From Chiloscyllium plagiosum (Eukaryota), in NCBI RefSeq assembly GCF_004010195.1, contig NC_057754.1, positions 4,239,937 through 4,303,936 on the forward strand: 64,000 nt of DNA, in the 5' to 3' direction. Made by a program: the position numbers and the translations under genes. Positions within the stretch are counted from its first letter, which is position 1; each line of letters starts with the position of its first letter. Below the pieces are notes generated by a model. The model worked only from the letters and a program-made list of their open reading frames with translations. It was not told where the DNA came from and searched no databases. Positions 1-11,474 of the stretch are shown here, piece after piece.

Positions 1-1015
1 GGTGGTAGTAGATGGAAAATATTCAACCTGGAGCTCAGTGACCAATGGTGTTCTGCAGTGATCTGTTCTGGGACCTCTGCTCTTTATGATTTTTATAAAT
101 GACTTGGATGAGGAAGTGGAAGGGTGGGTTAGTAAGTTTGCCAATAACACAAAGGTTGGTGGAGTGGTAGATAGTGTGGAGGGCTGTTGTAGTCGCAACA
201 GGACATTGACAGGACCCAGAGCTGGGCTGAGAAGTGGTAGATGGAGTTCAACTTGGAAAAGTGTGAAGTGATTCATTTTTAAAGGTCAAATTTGAATACA
301 GATTACAGGGTTAAAGGCAGTGTGGAGGAACAGAAGGATCTTGGGGTCCACGTGCATAGATCCCTCAAAGTGTCAAGTTGATAGGGTTGTTAAGAAGGAG
401 TATGGTATGTTGGCTTTCATTAGCAGGGGGATTGAGTTTAAGAGCCTTGAGGTTATACTGCAGCTCTATAAAGCCCTGGTTAGACCACACTTGGAATATT
501 GTGTTCAGTTCTGGTCGTCTCATGATATGGAGGATGTGTAAGTATTAGAGAGGGTGCAGAGGAGATTTACCAGGATGCTGTCTGGACTGGAGGGGCATCT
601 CTTATGAAGAAAAGTTGAGCGAGTTAGGGCTTTTCTCACTGGAGCAAAGAAAGATGAGAGGTGACTTGTTAGAGGTGTACAAGATGATGAGAGACTTAGA
701 TAAAGTGGATAGCCAGAGACTCTTTCCCAGGGTGGTAATGGTTATCATGAGGGGGCATAATTTTAAGATGATTGGTGGAAGGTTTGAGGAGATGGAGAGG
801 TAGGTTCTTTACACTGAGAGTGGTGGGTACATAGTATGCACTGCCAGCAGTGGTAGTACAGTCAGATAAATTCAGGACATTTAAGCCAATCTTGGATAGG
901 CACATGGATGATAGTAAAATGAAGGATATGTAGGTTAGTTTGATCATAGTGTAGGATAAAAGGTTGGCACAACATTGAGGGCCGAAGGGCCTGTACTGTG
1001 CTGTACTGTTCTATC
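1..1015 (+). mobile_element. CR1-clade LINE (HER1-like) 3' fragment, frameshifted
   Basis: RT C-terminal motifs FINDLD..SKFA, LVRPHLEYCVQFWS and LFSLEQR.MRGDL; 3' tail gggccgaagggcctgtactgtgctgtactgttctat. Confidence 0.9.
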
Positions 1016-1108
1016 ATCAGTGCTTGGGTCCCAGCTATTCACAATATACATTAACACACTAAACGAGGGATGCAAAACTTTGTCCTGAATTTTGCTGGTG
1101 CAGTAACT

Positions 1109-1433
1109 ATAACAAGGTCAGCCAGGTGGACCTCACAGAATAGGAGTTCCCTGACTGGGGTCGTTAACCTGGTCCAATCAGGGAGCCATGGCTGACAAAG
1201 ATCAACAGGAGCGTTAGGGGGTAAACAAAACCAGATGTTGCTGGAAAAGCTCAGCCACGTCTGGCAGCATTTGTGAAAAGAAATCAGCATTTACATTTCG
1301 GGTCTGGTGACCCTCCCTCAGAACAGCGTCAGGGGTTCTGTGCACTCTGTGAGCTGGTTCTTAGGAAGCCAGATCTGCATCAATGACAATGCACTTGAGG
1401 GTGACAGGATACTAGTTTCTGTGGAGTTATTTC
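1109..1433 (+). mobile_element. Putative solo-LTR-like repeat, interrupted by a half palindromic element at ~1225-1325
   Basis: Similar to ~10997-11221; both end in agttatttca. LTR identity is inferred only. Confidence 0.4.
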
Positions 1434-1479
1434 AGCTGACAACACCAAACCCCAGGAGACTGAGAGTAGTTAGTTTGCG

Positions 1480-1905
1480 TGTAAAGAGTATTCAAGGCAA
1501 TTTAGACAGTATGAAGTTAGTGGGCAAATGCAGTATTACATGGATAAGGGTGAAGTTATCCAATTTTGTGGGAAAAGCACACTGGCTGAGGATTACTTTA
1601 ATGGTGATAGATTGAGAAACGTCGACGTACACAAGAATCTGTGTGTCCTTGCACGTCAGTCACTGAAAGCAAACACATCAGTGCAACAAGCTGTTAGGAA
1701 GGTACATGGCATGTTAATCTTAATTACAAGAAAATCTGGATACAGAAGCAAGGAACTCTTACCACAGGGCTTTGGTGAGGGCATACCTGGAGTATTATAT
1801 GCAGTTTTGGTCTCCTTAGCTAAGAAAAGGTAAACTTGCATCGAGGGAATGCAAGTTCATTGAACTGAATCCTGAGATGGTAGGTTTGCAATACTGAGAG
1901 AGATT
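1480..1905 (+). mobile_element. Old degenerate CR1-like LINE fragment
   Basis: Decayed W-x-M-Q-x-N-x-x-K-C-E-V and HLEYxxQFWSP-like motifs. Confidence 0.7.
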
Positions 1906-1934
1906 GACCCCAACATTGGACAGTAAAAACGTCT

Positions 1935-2600
1935 TGGCCGAAAACAACAAATGCTGGAGATCACAGCGGGTCAGACAACCACACTCTCCATGGACAGACA
2001 GCAAGCCAACGTTTCAAACCTAGATGACTCTATATCAGAGCTGATGTGAAGTCTGGAGGGGACAATATCTTTGCAATAGTGCTGGGAGGTGGAGTGCTGG
2101 GGAAGAAAGGATGCTGATAGTTCAGATGAAGTGATCGGAGCATGAGGATGGCAGAACAATGATGTGTCTAACTGCCAGACTGGAGAGAACACACAGGGAG
2201 GGGAGAGAGAACATGGTGACAGAGAATGTAACAAGCAAAACTAAAAGAAATGGAAGGAATAGGTTCAAAATCTGAAGGTGTTAAAGTCCATATTGAGCCC
2301 AGAAGGTTGTAAAGAGCCTAGTTTAAAGATGAGATGTTGCTCCTCACTCTGCACTGTGATTCGCTGGAGCATCGCAGAGGTCAGACATATGAGAACGTGA
2401 GCAGGATACTGTGTTAAAAGTGGTCACCCAGTCCATATTTGGTTTCTCTAACGTAGGGTAGGCCACACTGGGTGCAGCGAATGCAGTACACAAGATAGGA
2501 GGAAATCCAGGTGAAATGCTGCTTCACCTGGAAAGACTGTTTAGGCCCTTGGAGAGTGAGCAGGGAGGCGGTGAAAGGGCACTCATGGAGTGGGCCCCTT
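1935..2600 (-). mobile_element. Penelope-like element remnant: GIY-YIG endonuclease fragment plus terminal repeat
   Basis: Minus-strand translation QGPKQSFQVKQHFTWISSYLVYCIRCTQCGLPYVRETKYGLGDHF resembles the PLE GIY-YIG (VYxIxCxxC..YIGET); decayed hammerhead-like core at 2038-2008. Confidence 0.8.
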
Positions 2601-3072
2601 GTGCAGTTCTCTACCATGTAAGGCAATGGAGGCCTATGGGAACATAGTGGGAGCATGGCGCTGAAATAGAGGATAGTATTGAATGGTGGAACTGACCTGA
2701 TGGGCCAAATGGACTGCTCCTACTCCTATTTTCTACATTTCCATATACACAGGTGCCACAGTGAGAGAGTTAATCAGAAATGAACACTACAGGCCCACAC
2801 TGAGACTTAATATATTGTGAGGCAAACGCAGCAGGTCGCAATGTGAGGCCTGTTACTCAGAAAGAAAAGATAAGCCTCACAGAGGGGAATAAAACAATTA
2901 ACAAAAAAGTAGCAATGTTTGTACCGATGGTTCATTTCAAAACATAAGACAAGTCAGACCAGTGTGTCACATTTACATTACTGGCTTTTCCTACATGGAG
3001 ACCAGTTTAGAGATATACCCAGGCCCCATAGAGAGGCCTATTAGTGAGGACAGCTCCGAAGGTTATAATTAC

Positions 3073-3195
3073 CTTGGCAGCTCTTTCCATCAGGTGCAGG
3101 TTTAAATCCTTTGCTACAGGTACAGCTGTATGATCCCTTTGTGTTGACACATTTTCCGTTTAAGCAGAAGGATCGGTCAAGGCACTCATCAACAT
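3073..3195 (-). CDS. LTBP3: LTBP3 exon ~16, cbEGF (DVDECLDRSFCLNGKCVNTKGSYSCTCSKGFKPAPDGKSCQ)
   Basis: cacag|AT GTT ... CAA G|gtaatt; 123 nt, phase 1-1. Confidence 0.95.
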
Positions 3196-3304
3196 CTGTG
3201 ATCGAGGAGAGACCAAGAGTATCAGTGACCGCACTGAACATAAACAAAGGCAGCAAAAAGAAAAGAAATGAACTGCGACGCTATGCCTGACCTGGGACAT
3301 GCAA

Positions 3305-4230
3305 ATGGAGCTTTACTCTGTGTCTAACCCCGTGCTGTCCCTCTCCTGAGGAGTGTTTGATGGGGGTCAGTGTAGAGGGAGCTTTACTCTGTATCTAACC
3401 CCGTGCTGTCCCTGTCCTAGGGTGTGTTTGATGGGGGATAGTGTAGAGGGAGCTTTACTCTGTATCTAACCCCGTGCTGTCCCTGTCCTGGGGAGTGTTT
3501 GATGGGGTACAGTATAGAGCGAGCTTTACTCTGTATCCAACCCTGTGCTATCCCTGTCCCTGGGAGTGTTTGATGGGGGACAGTGTAGAGAGGTAGCTTT
3601 ACTCTGTATCTAACCCCGTGCTGTCCCTGTCCTGGGGAGTGTTTGATGGGGACAGTGTAGAGAGAGCTTTACTTTGTATCTAACCCTGTGCTGTCCCTGT
3701 CCTGGGGAGTGTTTGATGGGGTACAGAATAGAGCGAGCTTTACTCTGTGTCTAACCCCGTGCTGTCCCTGTCCTGGGAGTGTTTGATAGGGACAGTGTAG
3801 AGAGAGCTTTACTCTGTATCTAACCCTGTGTTGTCCTTGTCCTGGGAGTGTTTGATGGGGGACAACGTAGACTGAGCTTTACTCTGTATCTAACCCCATG
3901 CTGTCCCTGTCCTGGGAGTGTTTGTTAGGGACAGTGTAGAGAGGGAGCTTTACTCTGTATCTAACCCCGTGTTGTCCCTGTCCTGGGAGTGTTTGATGGG
4001 GGACAATGTACAGGGAACTTTGCTCTGTATCTAACCACGTGCTGTCCCTGTCCTGGGGAGTGTTTGATGGGGATAGTGTAGAGGAAACTTTACTCTGTAC
4101 CTAACCCTGTGCTTTCCTCTCCTTGGAATGCTTGATGAGGACCATGTAAAGGGAGCTTTACTTTCTGTTTAAAGGTGTAGAGGGAGAATTATTTTCTGTT
4201 TAAAAGTGTAAAGAGAGCTTTACACTACAC
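3305..4230. repeat. ~70-bp minisatellite, about 13 copies, degenerating at the 3' end
   Basis: Unit gagctttactctgtatctaaccccgtgctgtccctgtcctgggagtgtttgatgggggacagtgtagagg. Confidence 0.95.
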
Positions 4231-4443
4231 CTAGCCCATCTTGTGTGAGAATGGTTCAGTGGCCAGTATGAAAGTGGGATTCCCTCAATCCTAAAACCAT
4301 CCTATGGTTCTGAACCGTCTCCACCCACTGAAAAGACACACCCTTTTCACCTCGCCCAAGTGATTTTCCCTTGCCTCACGTTAATGAATCCACCTCCACC
4401 TCCTTCTCTTCACTGATTGGTCATTGGAGGGGCCAGTACTCAC

Positions 4444-4563
4444 CGTAACACTCTCCAGCCTGACTCCGGTATCCCTCTGGACAGGGAACACACTCATACG
4501 TTCCAGGTTTATTCTTGCATTTGCCCCGTGGACAGGTATTCGGATTGTTGCATTCATTAATAT
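4444..4563 (-). CDS. LTBP3: LTBP3 exon ~15, cbEGF ([40 protein letters not shown])
   Basis: cctag|AT ATT ... TAC G|gtgagt; 120 nt, phase 1-1; C-x-x-C spacing as in the equivalent LTBP1/3 repeat. Not in the ORF track. Confidence 0.94.
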
Positions 4564-4579
4564 CTAGGATAAAGATCAG

Positions 4580-5135
4580 AGAACGTAGAGCAGTACAGCA
4601 CAGAAACGGGCCCTCTGACCCTCAGTGTTGTGCCAAACATGACACCAAATTAAACTAGTCCCTCTGCCAGTCCTTGGTCCTTATCCTTCCATCCCTTGCA
4701 TGTTTATCTAAATGTCCCTTAAACACCTCTATCATATCTGCCTCCAACACCATGCCCAGCAGTGCGTTCCAGACTCCTACCACTCTCTGTGTAAAAAACT
4801 TGCCCCTCACACCCTCTTTAACCTCCCCCCCCTTAAATGCATGCTCCCTAGTTTTAGACATTACAACTCTGGGGGAGAACAATCCTGACCGTCAACCTTA
4901 TCTATGCATCTCATAATTTGATAGCCTTCTATCAAGTCTCCCCTCAGCCTCTGCCGCTCCAGAGAAAACAACCTGAGTTTTTCCAGCCTCCCCTTATAGC
5001 TCCTACCCTCTAATTCAGGCAACATCCTGGTAAAACTCTTCTGCACGCTCTCCAAAACCTCCATATCCTTCCTGGAATGTGGAGACCAGAATTGAACACA
5101 ATACTCGAAGTGCAGCCTCACCAAAGTCTTTGACA
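4580..5135 (-). mobile_element. CR1 LINE 3' fragment ending ~15 bp from the exon ~15 acceptor
   Basis: Minus-strand LVRLHFEYCVQFWSP...RLRGDLIE and CR1 3' UTR. Confidence 0.9.
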
Positions 5136-5267
5136 ATTTGGAATCAGTCAGATGCAAGCAAACCACTGAAATCTTTGAAAGAATCTCAATCCCACATGAA
5201 ACAGGCAAGTTACTTCCTCATCCTTTTGCTCACAGTGCTTTTATGAAATCTGACACTGAGTAACTCG

Positions 5268-5398
5268 GTGTTGGACTGGGGTGGACAAAGTTAAAAATCA
5301 CACAACACCAGGTTATAATCCAACAAGTTTATTTGGAAGCACTAGCTTTTGAGGCGCTGTCTCTTAATGAATATAACCTTGTGTTATGTGATTGTTAA
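5268..5398. mobile_element. Internally deleted palindromic element, family B (same as 44819-45030)
   Basis: gttaaaaatcacacaacaccaggttata ... tataaccttgtgttatgtgattgttaac inverted arms. Confidence 0.7.
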
Positions 5399-5489
5399 CA
5401 AACTCTATAATAGCAGGCATAACTGAATCATTCTCTCTAACACCACCCCCCTCCTCGCAGTGTGTACTGTTCATTTACACTGTCATTTA

Positions 5490-5790
5490 TTCATTTCCGT
5501 GATAGGTCATCCATTTCTAATTGACCTTGAACTAAGCAGATTGGTAGACAATTGCAGAGGGCAGTTCAGAGTCAACCACATCGCTGTGGGGGTCTGGTGT
5601 AGGCCAGGTTAGGTAAGTAGGGCAGATTTCCCTCCTTCAGCACATCAGTGAACCCAGAAGGTTTTGTGATTGCCATCCCAGAGACTAGATTTTAATTCCA
5701 GAATTTAATTAATTGAGTGTAAATATTGACCGAAATCATTAGCCTGGGACTGTGGTCCTCAAGTCCAGTGACACTATCACTGTGCCAGAG
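5490..5790 (-). mobile_element. Second tRNA-derived SINE family (SacSINE1/Deu-like, tentative), degenerate
   Basis: Shares agggcagtt-agagtcaaccacat-gctgtggg with copies at 8190, 52340 and 58680. Confidence 0.6.
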
Positions 5791-6031
5791 TCTCCCGCAA
5801 AAGAAATCCATTCATGGATACATCATCCATTCCTGAAGTGAGTTTACTAATAACCACTGTGTTCGGCTCATGTACAGGCACTGACGGGGTGTGTGTAGTG
5901 TACTGTTTTTGTACAGGCGCTGACAGTGGGTGTGTGTACTGTACTGTACATGTACAGGCGCTGACAGTGGGTGTATGTTATGTATTGAAGGGAGTTGGAG
6001 GTGAGTTGGGTAAGGTTGCAACTAGTGTTAC

Positions 6032-6154
6032 CTTCGCAGGCTGTCTGATGGCTGACTGGGCGATACCCGGATTGGCAGTGACAGTAGAAGGAGCCTTCGG
6101 TGTTCAGACATCGTCCGTTGGTGCATAAGCGACCATCCGCACACTCGTTGACAT
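6032..6154 (-). CDS. LTBP3: LTBP3 exon ~14, cbEGF (DVNECADGRLCTNGRCLNTEGSFYCHCQSGYRPVSHQTACE)
   Basis: ttcag|AT GTC ... GAA G|gtaaca; 123 nt, phase 1-1; 136-nt intron upstream. Confidence 0.95.
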
Positions 6155-6290
6155 CTGAAACAGAGCGAGAGGAGTCAACAGGCTGATGGGAACACATGCT
6201 GGGTGAGAATGGTACCGGGGTGCACATCCTGGAGGTGGCCACGTGCTGCGGGGGCGCCACTTAGTGATAGCGCTTGCCGGAGTAACTCAC

Positions 6291-6422
6291 CGACACAGAT
6301 GCTGCCCTCCGGGAGTTCCTGTAACTGGTAACCTCGGTAACAGCGGCAGCTGTAGGTACCGACGTAGTTGATGCACTCGCCTTTTCTGGCCCCACAGGGA
6401 TTGTCCTCACACTCGTTCACAT
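6291..6422 (-). CDS. LTBP3: LTBP3 exon ~13, cbEGF (DVNECEDNPCGARKGECINYVGTYSCRCYRGYQLQELPEGSICV)
   Basis: ccag|AT GTG ... GTC G|gtgagt; 132 nt, phase 1-1. Confidence 0.95.
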
Positions 6423-6504
6423 CTGGATGGGAAAGCACAGCAACTTTGCATTTACGTGGTGAGGTGCGGAAAGGCACCTCATCAGGAGCCTTGATCCCCC
6501 CACA

Positions 6505-6765
6505 ATTGCAGGTGTGACACTCGCCTGTTTACCTCCTCACTATCCAAGACCCCAGACACATCTTCCAGGTGAAGCAGCAATCCATCTGCACTTCCCCCCG
6601 TCTAGTCTACCACATTTGGGAAGATGATAACAGGCAAGAACACCTACGTTCTGTCTCCAAAAATGACCCAGAGTTTCCAGTTACCTGCCACTTCAATATG
6701 CCACCCTATTCCCTGGCCAACATCTCTGTCCCTGTCTAGTGAAGCTGGAAGAACAACATACAGTC
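6505..6765 (+). mobile_element. Penelope-like GIY-YIG remnant
   Basis: cttccaggtgaagcagcaatccatctgcacttcc...ctagtctac and ccagttacctgccacttcaat (PVTCHFN); similar to the reverse complement of 2480-2580. Confidence 0.6.
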
Positions 6766-7144
6766 AAACAGTCACAGAGTCATATAACATGGAAACTGAC
6801 CCTTCGGTCCAACCATGCCAACCCTCCGAAGCACAGGTAGAGACCTCATTCCCCGTTCCTCGACACCATCATGAACCCTCTCAGGGACCCCCGAGTTTAC
6901 AATCTCAAAGCAGGCTGGGTTGGGGGGTGGGGGTGAGTTCTCCCTGGGCCAACATTAGCCGTTCAAACAATTTCACTGAAGACAGACTGATCTCAACATT
7001 TGCCCTTTGAGTGGCAGATTGCCATGTGCACAAAAAATGGCTCTTTCCTTCACTGTGCCAGCTCGCTGCACTCCGAGAGAGCGCTCAGCAGCTGAGCTTG
7101 TGAAAGCCTCCACGCAAACACAGGTCTGTCGAGCATTCTCTTAC

Positions 7145-7270
7145 CCACGCAGTGTTTGATATGGGTATGAAGCTGGTAGCCAGTGTGGCAGACGCAGGTG
7201 TACCCGGACGGGTCATAGACACACACTCCATGCCCGCAGATCCCCTGATCCACTTTACACGTGTCCATTT
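7145..7270 (-). CDS. LTBP3: LTBP3 exon ~12, EGF-like (EMDTCKVDQGICGHGVCVYDPSGYTCVCHTGYQLHTHIKHCV)
   Basis: ttcag|AA ATG ... GTG G|gtaaga; 126 nt, phase 1-1. Confidence 0.94.
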
Positions 7271-7404
7271 CTGAAAGGCAAGAGAGGAGAACGTGACAAA
7301 AATGAGACTAAAACAAACAAAAATGCAATCAATTGTCAGCAAGGCTCTCCAGTTTAACTGATCGCTTACATGCTGGTGCCCTGTTCGATTTCTGCACTCT
7401 TCTG

Positions 7405-7705
7405 GGTTTAGATTAGATTCCCTACAGTATGGAAACAGGCCCACTGGGCCAACCAATACACACCAACCCTCCAAAGAGTAACCCACCCAGACCCATTCCC
7501 TACATTGTACCCCTGACTAATGCACCTATCACTATGGGCAATTTAGCATGGTCAATCCACCTAACCTGCACATCTTTGGACTGTGGGAGGAAACCAACGC
7601 AGACACGGGGATAACGTGCAAACTCCACACAGACAGTCACCCGAGGTGGGAATCGAACCCGAGTCCCTGGTGCTGTGAGGCAGCAGGGCTAACCACTGAG
7701 CCATC
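7405..7705 (-). mobile_element. HE1-like V-SINE
   Basis: tRNA-like head with A/B boxes, V-domain (gtgtggagtttgcacgtt..ccccgtgtctgcg), CR1-like tail and (tctaa)n end. Confidence 0.9.
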
Positions 7706-8509
7706 CTGGGTTTAGGCAAATTCATTTGCAAACACACACCCTTGCCATTCCCATCACTCCACCAGCAGCCTCTGTAGTTCTGCAGTGACACTCCCTTGGA
7801 TGCATGGGTCCTTCAGTCTCTGGAATTCCTTCTCTAAATCTCTGTGCCTCTCTCTACTCCTTGAAACCAATCCCTCCACCTGAGCATTTGGTTACCTAAT
7901 GTGGAAATCAGGTGCAGCGGTAGGCCATTCGGCCCTTTAAGTCTGCTCCAATACCATCATCCAACTCAGTCCCTGTTCCTGCTTTCTCCCCCTCCCTCGA
8001 GCCCCAAGAACTAGATCCAACTCCTTCTTGGAAACATTTAATGTTTTGGCCCCAACCCCTTTCTGTGACAGAGAATCCCACAGGCTCCCCCACTCTCTGG
8101 GTGAAGACATTTCTCCCTATCTCAGTCCGAAACGGCTCACCCTGCCTCCTTCTCCTGTGACCCCCTGGTTCTGGACTCGCCCATCATTTTTGTTCATTCA
8201 GTCCCCGGACGAGGGTGTCACTGGGTAAGGGTAGCATTTAACGTCCATCCCTAATTGCCCAGAGGTTAGTTAAGAGTTAACAACGTTGCTGTGGGTCTGG
8301 TGTCAAATGTAGACCTGACTGGGTAAGGATGGCAGTACCCCTCCCCCTAAAGGACACTGGTGAACCCACATGGATTTTCCTGACCATCAACAATTAATCC
8401 ACGGTCATCATTAGACTCTTAATTCCAGATTTATTTTTTGATTTCACTGTCTGCAATGGTGGGATTTAAACCTAGGTCCCCAGAACATTACCTGGGGTTC
8501 TGGATTAAC

Positions 8510-8730
8510 AGTCGAGAGTGTGTTGCTGGAAAAGCACGGCAGGTCAGGCAGCATCCGAGGAGCAGGAGAATCAACGCTTCGGGCCAGAACTCTTCATCAG
8601 GAATACTGATGAAGGGCTCTGGCCCGAAACGTCGATTCTCCTGCTCCTTGGATGCTGCCCGACCGGCTGTGCTTTTCCAGCTCCACACTCTCGACTCTGA
8701 TCTCCAGCATCCGCAGTCCTCACTTCCCGC
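8510..8730 (+). mobile_element. Palindromic non-autonomous element (family A) with hammerhead-like core
   Basis: 91-nt inverted arms 8510-8600 and 8606-8696 plus a short tail; direct repeat tctggattaacagtc at 8499-8513 and 8731-8745. Confidence 0.85.
8601..8640 (+). ncRNA. Putative minimal type I hammerhead ribozyme motif
   Basis: CTGATGA(8606-12)-A-GGGC tctg GCCC-GAAA(8626-29)-CG-TC(8633); palindromic ACGT in place of stem III; GAAT/ATTC could form stem I. Activity not shown. Confidence 0.6.
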
Positions 8731-9129
8731 TCTGGATTAACAGTCCAGCGGTAATGTCACAGGGCCACAACATCGCTTGGGGTCAAATTTTGTCTGATTT
8801 ACTCTCCAAATGAAATGCTTCACTGAATCAGAGACAATATACAAATCCAACTTGCTGTTGTTGTGGGTGGCAGTCATTATTATTTGGTTCTTGCCGGTCT
8901 GGAATTCTCATCTCCTGGTTTCTATTCCATTCAATGGGACTGAAACTCCACCAACACGGGTTAGAGGTGACTCAGACACTAGAGGCAAGGGAAGGGTTTT
9001 CCAGAGATCCATTCAGACACCCCGGGGTGAATCTGGCTGTTCATTGAGAACAGAGTGAGTCTCAGCCCGTGAACTTTTCTGGGCAATCTCATTGAGGTCT
9101 ATGAGACGATGGAAGTTCTGCGATCCAGG

Positions 9130-10050
9130 GTGATGGGTCCACTGCCTTTTTGTCATTTATAAAAATGAGTTGGATGTGAATAGAGGAGGAATGGTTGGTG
9201 AGTTTGCAGATGACACTAACATTGGTTGGTGCAATGGACGGTGAAGAAGGATACCTCAGAGTAACAATGGGACCCCAATCAGATGGAGTTTAATTTAGAT
9301 AAATGTGAGGCATTGCATTTTGGTAAAGGCAAATCAGGGCAAGTCTTACACATTAATGGTAGGAGTATTGCCGAACAAAGAGCCTGGGGTGCAGGTTCAT
9401 GTAGAGTCGCAGTTGGACAGGACTGTGAAGAAGGTGTTTGGTATGCTTGCCTTCATTGGTCAATGCATTGAATAAAGGAGTTGGGAGGTCATGTTGTGGC
9501 TGTACAGGACATTGGTTAGGCTACTTTTGGAATACCACGTTCAATTCTGGTCTCCCTGCTATAGGAAGGATGTTGTTAAACTTGAAAGGGTGCATAAAAG
9601 ATTTATAAGAATGTTGCCAGGGTTGGACGATTTGAGCTGTAGGGAGAGGCTGAATAGGCTGGGACTATTTTCCCTGGAGCATTGGAGGCTAAGGGGTGAC
9701 TTCATAGAAGTTTATAAAATCATGGGGGGCATGGATAGGTTCAAGGTCTTTTCCCCAGGGTAGGGGAGTCCAAAACTAGAGGGCACAAGTTTAGGGTGAG
9801 AGAGGAAAGATGTAAAAGGGACCTGAGGGGCAACTTTTTCACACAGAGGGTTGTGCATGTGTGGAATGAGCTACCAGAGGAGGTGCTGGAGGCTGGTACA
9901 ATGACAACATTTAAGAGGCATCTGGAATAGGAAGGGTTTAGAGGGAGATGGGCCAAATGCTGGCAAATGGGAGTAGATTAATTTAGGATATCTGGTCAGC
10001 ATGCTCGAGATGGACCGAAGGGTTTGCTTCTGTGCTGTACATTTCTGACT
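9130..10050 (+). mobile_element. CR1 LINE 3' fragment
   Basis: FADDT, MEFNLDKCE, LYRTLVRLLLEYHVQFWSP motifs and 3' tail. Confidence 0.9.
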
Positions 10051-10414
10051 CAAATATTCGCATCCCTGGCTCTGACCACCAGAGGGCAATGATGCACACA
10101 ATATGAAGTGCAGCCACTCGATCACAATCCCTATTTGTAATCAGAGCTGTCTGTGATTCAGAGTTGAACATTGAACTTCCCTTTGTTGGAGCAAAACAAG
10201 TGAGGTCATAATCCCTTCATTTATGGGAAGGAACTGGAGCACAAGCCCTGAACCTGTGAGAACAGATCCCGAAGCCATACTCACTGATCGTAACATGGCC
10301 CAGTAACTAAGCTACGTGACTCCTGTCTTGTCCATTAGATTCCGTGGGTCACCCTCCCATACTTGGCTCAGAATTCAAACCAGCATTCGACTTTCTTCAC
10401 TGTAACATAGCAGG

Positions 10415-10790
10415 GTCAGAGGTGACCTGCTAGAATAATGAGGGGTACAGATCGAGTTGATGGTAATTGTCTTTTCCACAGAATGGGAGATTTCAAAACT
10501 TGTAGGGCATACTTTTAAGGTGAGAGGAAAGAGATTTAAAAAAGACATGAGGGAAATTTTTTACACAGAGAGTGGCTCATGTGCGGAATGAACTTTCAGA
10601 GGAAGTAGTGGACGCGGGTAGTTACAATGTTTAAAAGACATTTGGATAAGGACATGAATAGGAAAGGGTTTGGAGGGATATGGGCCAGGAGCAGGCAGGT
10701 GGGACTAGTTTATTTTGGGATTATGGTCAACATGGACTGGTTGGACCAAAGGGTTTGTTTCCATGCTGTACGACGCTATGATTCTATATT
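10415..10790 (+). mobile_element. CR1 LINE 3' end
   Basis: RGDL..FKVRG..FFTQRV..FKRHLDK and tail ccatgctgta...ctatgattcta. Confidence 0.85.
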
Positions 10791-10996
10791 TGGATCTCAA
10801 AGCGAGTCACTAATGGTTCGGTAATATCCTTTTAGGGAAGGAAATCTGCCATCCTTACCTGGTCTGGTCTACACGTGACTCCAGACCCAATTGCATTGTG
10901 ATTGGCTCTTAACTGCCTTCCAGACTATAAGTACTAGCCTAGCCTGTGATGTTCACAGCCCATGAATTAATATATACATAAAAAGACAGAGGGAGA

Positions 10997-11221
10997 ATAT
11001 AATGATTGGACCCAGAGGGATCTCAGTGACTACGAGATCCTCGATTGGGGTTGTTAATCTGGGTCTATCAGGGTGCCCTGGCTGACAGATATAAACTGAG
11101 ATTTCAGAGTCTCCTCACTTCAGGACACTGACTTAGCTGACTGGTCACAGCCAGTGCACTGTGCTCAAATAAAAAAAGGGTGACCTGGTGACGGGATACC
11201 GACCTCTGTGCAGTTATTTCA
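10997..11221 (+). mobile_element. Putative solo-LTR-like repeat
   Basis: Paralogous to 1109-1433; contains tataaa, aataaa and ends ttatttca. Confidence 0.4.
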
Positions 11222-11474
11222 GAGAATAAATGCTTTCTTTTTGCTACAGTGGAACTTATCTGGATTCCACCTGAACTGGAAAATGTCAAAAAAAATCTCT
11301 ACCTCTTCCACGGGTTCATGGTATATTATTTCAGAATTTGGGTTGTAAAGTGAAAGAGAATGGATTTTGGTTTTCCAGTTCTGTGAAGGTCTAAGTTTGT
11401 TTTAAGAGTTGAAAAGTCATTTATTGAATTTACTTTGTTTCCAATGTTTCACCAGAAGTGTTTGGGGTGAAACT

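Larger units (their letters stand above)
8190..8770 (-). mobile_element. SacSINE1/Deu-like tRNA SINE interrupted by a palindromic element
   Basis: Family body at 8190-8513 resumes at 8731 after a duplicated target. Confidence 0.7.
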
